A DNA stretch of 64,000 bases from Patescibacteria group bacterium (GTDB lineage Bacteria; Patescibacteriota; UBA1384; XYA2-FULL-43-10; 1-14-0-10-43-13). Location of the stretch: NCBI GenBank assembly GCA_041671645.1, contig JBAZBD010000001.1, positions 21,561-85,560 of the forward strand, given 5' to 3'. The notes under the pieces were generated by a model. It ran no database searches and had not been told where the DNA came from. It worked only from the letters and a program-made list of their open reading frames with translations. Numbering within the stretch: position 1 is the first letter of the stretch; every line of letters begins with the position of its first letter. Shown here in pieces: positions 61,479-64,000 of the stretch. Position numbers and translations under genes: made by a program.

Positions 61479-62500
61479 AAATTTTGGTAACTGGGGGCGC
61501 TGGATTTATTGGTTCAAACTTTATTCTCTACATGATGAGCAAGTATCCCGACTACGAAATAGTTAACTTGGATAATCTGACCTACGCAGGAAATCTAGAA
61601 ACTCTTGCCAGTGTCGAGAACAATCCAAATTATACTTTTGTCCATGGTGACATTTGCGATCGCGAAACGGTCGTCAAGGCGATGGCTGGCTGTGATATTG
61701 TCGTCCATTTCGCCGCAGAATCCCATGTCGATCGTTCGATCACTGGGCCAGCGATTTTCGTCAAGACAAATGTTGTCGGGACTCAAGTCTTGCTCGATGT
61801 TGCCAAGGACAACAATATCAAGCGATTCCATCACGTCTCGACCGATGAAGTCTTCGGTGCCCTCGACTTGGACAAGCCAGAAGAGAGATTTTCCGAATCA
61901 ACTCCATATTGTCCGCACTCCCCATATTCTGCTTCCAAGGCCGGTAGCGACCACCTAGTTCGTGCTTATCATGATACTTATGGACTTGATGTGACTATCT
62001 CCAACTGCACCAACAATTATGGCCCGTATCAATTTCCAGAGAAGGTTATTCCCCTCTTCATCACCAACGCCCTTCAAGACAAGGCCCTCCCGATCTATGG
62101 CAAAGGCCTGGCTATCAGAGATTATATCTATGTCACCGACCACTGCGCTGGCATCGATCTGATCGTTCACAATGGAAAAGCCGGCGAGACCTACTGCCTC
62201 GGCGGTCATGCTGAGAAAAATGGCCTGGAAGTAGCTGACACAATATTGAGAACAGTCGGCAAGCCAGAGACACTCAAGACTCACGTCGAGGATCGCAAGG
62301 GTCATGATATGAGATATGCCATTGACGACACCAAAATCCGCAACGAGCTTGGCTACAAGCCTTCCGTAACTTTTGACGAGGGCATCCAGAAAACTATTGA
62401 TTGGTATAAGGAAAACAAAACTTGGTGGGAACGGATCATCTCCAAGGAATATCTCGACACCAATAGAGAGCAATTAAACAATTCAAAGGTTGGGGAATAA
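61475..62500 (+). CDS. rmlB: dTDP-glucose 4,6-dehydratase
   Basis: MKILVTGGAGFIGSNF, a YSASKAGSD catalytic motif, and a canonical RmlB C-terminus. Confidence 0.92.
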   Translation: MKILVTGGAGFIGSNFILYMMSKYPDYEIVNLDNLTYAGNLETLASVENNPNYTFVHGDICDRETVVKAMAGCDIVVHFAAESHVDRSITGPAIFVKTNVVGTQVLLDVAKDNNIKRFHHVSTDEVFGALDLDKPEERFSESTPYCPHSPYSASKAGSDHLVRAYHDTYGLDVTISNCTNNYGPYQFPEKVIPLFITNALQDKALPIYGKGLAIRDYIYVTDHCAGIDLIVHNGKAGETYCLGGHAEKNGLEVADTILRTVGKPETLKTHVEDRKGHDMRYAIDDTKIRNELGYKPSVTFDEGIQKTIDWYKENKTWWERIISKEYLDTNREQLNNSKVGE

Positions 62501-63354
62501 TGAAAATATTAGTCACTGGCGCCAAAGGACAACTTGGCAAGAAAATCATCGATTTACTAAGCGATAAATACGAATTGGTATTGACCGACTCGGCAGAAAT
62601 GGATATCACAGACAAGGCGAAAGTCCTCGAAGTTGTTGGCGCGGAAAAGCCAGATTTCATCTTGCACGCCGCCGCTTACACTCAGGTAGACAAGGCCGAG
62701 GAAACGGAAGAGATTTGCCGCAAAGTGAATTCACTGGGCTCGGAAAATATTGCAAAAGCAGGTAAAGAATTTGGCTCGACCGTGATTTACATCTCGACTG
62801 ATTATGTCTTTGACGGCAAGAAAGATTCGCCTTATACCGAAGAAGACGCAACCAATCCTCTCTCAGTATATGGGAAGACGAAACTCGAGGGCGAAGAAGC
62901 CGTTAAAAATAATTGTGATAAATACTATATTATCCGCTCCGCTTGGATCTTTGGCGAATTGCCAGAGGGCCATCCAGGAACCAATTTCGTCGAGACGATG
63001 CTCAGACTTGCCAAAGATCGAGATGAATTAAGCATCGTCAGCGATCAGATCGGCTCGCCTACTTACACTGGCGATTTGGTCGAGGCAATTGAGAAAATAA
63101 TCGAAATCAAACCCGCCTACGGCGTTTATCTCTTTTCTGGCGCTGGTGCCGCTTCATGGTACGACTTCGCAGTTGAGATTTTCAAGCAAACCAATACCAA
63201 AATTGAGGTCAAGCCGATCACAAGCGACCAATATCCCCAAAAAGCGACGAGACCAGCCTATTCATACATGGATAAAACTAAAGTCGAGACAGCACTCTCT
63301 TCCAAAGTTCGGCCATGGCAAGAAATGTTGGCTGACTATCTCAAAAGAAGATAA
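62500..63354 (+). CDS. rmlD: dTDP-4-dehydrorhamnose reductase
   Basis: MKILVTGAKGQLG, a YGKTK catalytic motif, 284 aa. Confidence 0.9.
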   Translation: MKILVTGAKGQLGKKIIDLLSDKYELVLTDSAEMDITDKAKVLEVVGAEKPDFILHAAAYTQVDKAEETEEICRKVNSLGSENIAKAGKEFGSTVIYISTDYVFDGKKDSPYTEEDATNPLSVYGKTKLEGEEAVKNNCDKYYIIRSAWIFGELPEGHPGTNFVETMLRLAKDRDELSIVSDQIGSPTYTGDLVEAIEKIIEIKPAYGVYLFSGAGAASWYDFAVEIFKQTNTKIEVKPITSDQYPQKATRPAYSYMDKTKVETALSSKVRPWQEMLADYLKRR

Positions 63355-63365
63355 TTGTTTACACT

Positions 63366-63397
63366 AAAAAAGAGGCCCATCGTGAGCCTCTTTTTTT
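63366..63397. terminator. Bidirectional rho-independent terminator between rmlD and the GtrA-like gene
   Basis: AAAAAAGAGGC-ccatcgtg-AGCCTCTTTTTTT; convergent genes on either side. Confidence 0.65.
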
Positions 63398-63407
63398 ATA
63401 GATATTC

Positions 63408-63848
63408 CTATCTCTTGTATGTCCAGAGCTTGTTGATGAAGAAATTCCAGATGATCGCTGAGCCAGAGGCGAAGACAAGTGGCATGATATCGTGTTTACC
63501 CATCAGGACAGGATTGTAGGAGCCAAGAGTCGCTCTGAATACTAGCCAATTGATGCCCCAGCCGATCAGGCTGACAACAAAGAATTTGACCAGGATCATG
63601 CTTTTGGCGTTAGCTTCGCCCGATTGAGCAATTTTTTGATATTCCTTCTTGAAGGTCCAAATCGTGTTGAAAAGGTATGAATTGGCGACCGCGACCAGGA
63701 ATGAAATCGCCTTGGCGATGCTCTTGTCCCCCTCTAGCACCGAAGCCGTCAAAAGATAGTAGACAACCCAGTCGACACCGGTGTTGACGACGCCAACTAC
63801 ACCAAACTTTATAAATTGAACGAGATTCTCATTTTTCGATTTATTCAT
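63408..63848 (-). CDS. GtrA-family membrane protein
   Basis: 146 aa with 4 TM helices; N-terminal FIKFGVVGVVNTGVDWVVYYLL matches the GtrA signature. Confidence 0.65.
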   Translation of the reverse strand: MNKSKNENLVQFIKFGVVGVVNTGVDWVVYYLLTASVLEGDKSIAKAISFLVAVANSYLFNTIWTFKKEYQKIAQSGEANAKSMILVKFFVVSLIGWGINWLVFRATLGSYNPVLMGKHDIMPLVFASGSAIIWNFFINKLWTYKR

Positions 63849-63901
63849 TTTTCGATTCTCATTAATTTTCTGCTCTTTCCAATTATACTCGAATTACGGA
63901 A

Positions 63902-63931
63902 TTGTGAAAATAAATATTAAAATGCTAGAAT
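63902..63931 (+). promoter_or_regulatory. Putative promoter TTGTGA-18-TAGAAT for a gene starting at 63974
   Basis: Hexamers at 63902-63907 and 63926-63931, followed by a GGAGG ribosome-binding site 4 nt before the ATG at 63974. Confidence 0.4.
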
Positions 63932-63973
63932 GGAATAAATAGAAAGATTGTAAAATAATTCACTGGAGGTGCC

Positions 63974-64000
63974 ATGCTTGAAGTAGACATTGAGAAAATT
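63974..64000 (+). CDS. Start of an unknown ORF running off the window (MLEVDIEKI...)
   Basis: ATG with a strong GGAGG ribosome-binding site; only 9 codons are visible. Confidence 0.3.

Overview
This is a 64-kb stretch of a compact bacterial chromosome, roughly 45-50% GC by eye. Genes are tightly packed and many overlap by a few nucleotides; no rRNA, tRNA, CRISPR array, transposase or integrase is visible. The phylum cannot be assigned from this window; the content would fit an uncultivated small-genome lineage, but that is speculation.

The first ~22 kb is housekeeping. It carries a DUF475-like membrane protein, an EamA transporter and two tandem HD phosphohydrolases, the second fused to a DUF1653-like tail. 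These are followed by ppsA, recX-recA, a RodZ-like protein, ftsK, RNase J, a family-4 uracil-DNA glycosylase, a P-type cation ATPase, a VanW-domain protein, a DUF3006 protein and the membrane pyrophosphatase hppA.

From about 22.6 kb to the end lies a ~41-kb cell-surface glycan locus. It holds GT4 and GT2 glycosyltransferases, three tandem Wzy_C (O-antigen-ligase-like) paralogs, and a dockerin-bearing secreted protein beside a membrane-anchored protein with a cohesin-like N-terminal domain. It also holds two Wzx-type flippases, several GT-C-like polytopic membrane proteins and an aminosugar module (Gfo/Idh/MocA oxidoreductase, DegT aminotransferase, FemAB-like acyltransferase). A well-recognisable pseudaminic acid module (pseB, pseC, a PseH-like GNAT, pseI, pseF) carries an embedded thiolase plus SDR reductase pair. 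The locus ends with an rmlA-rmlC-NUDIX-rmlB-rmlD operon and a GtrA-like gene.

Inserted in the glycan locus is a metK-adenosine kinase-ahcY methyl-cycle operon. A SAM-I riboswitch with a terminator-type expression platform sits in its leader.

Several short tandem repeats with 7-nt periodicity occur. One is a perfect (GGAATTT)x4 inside a glycosyltransferase coding sequence.
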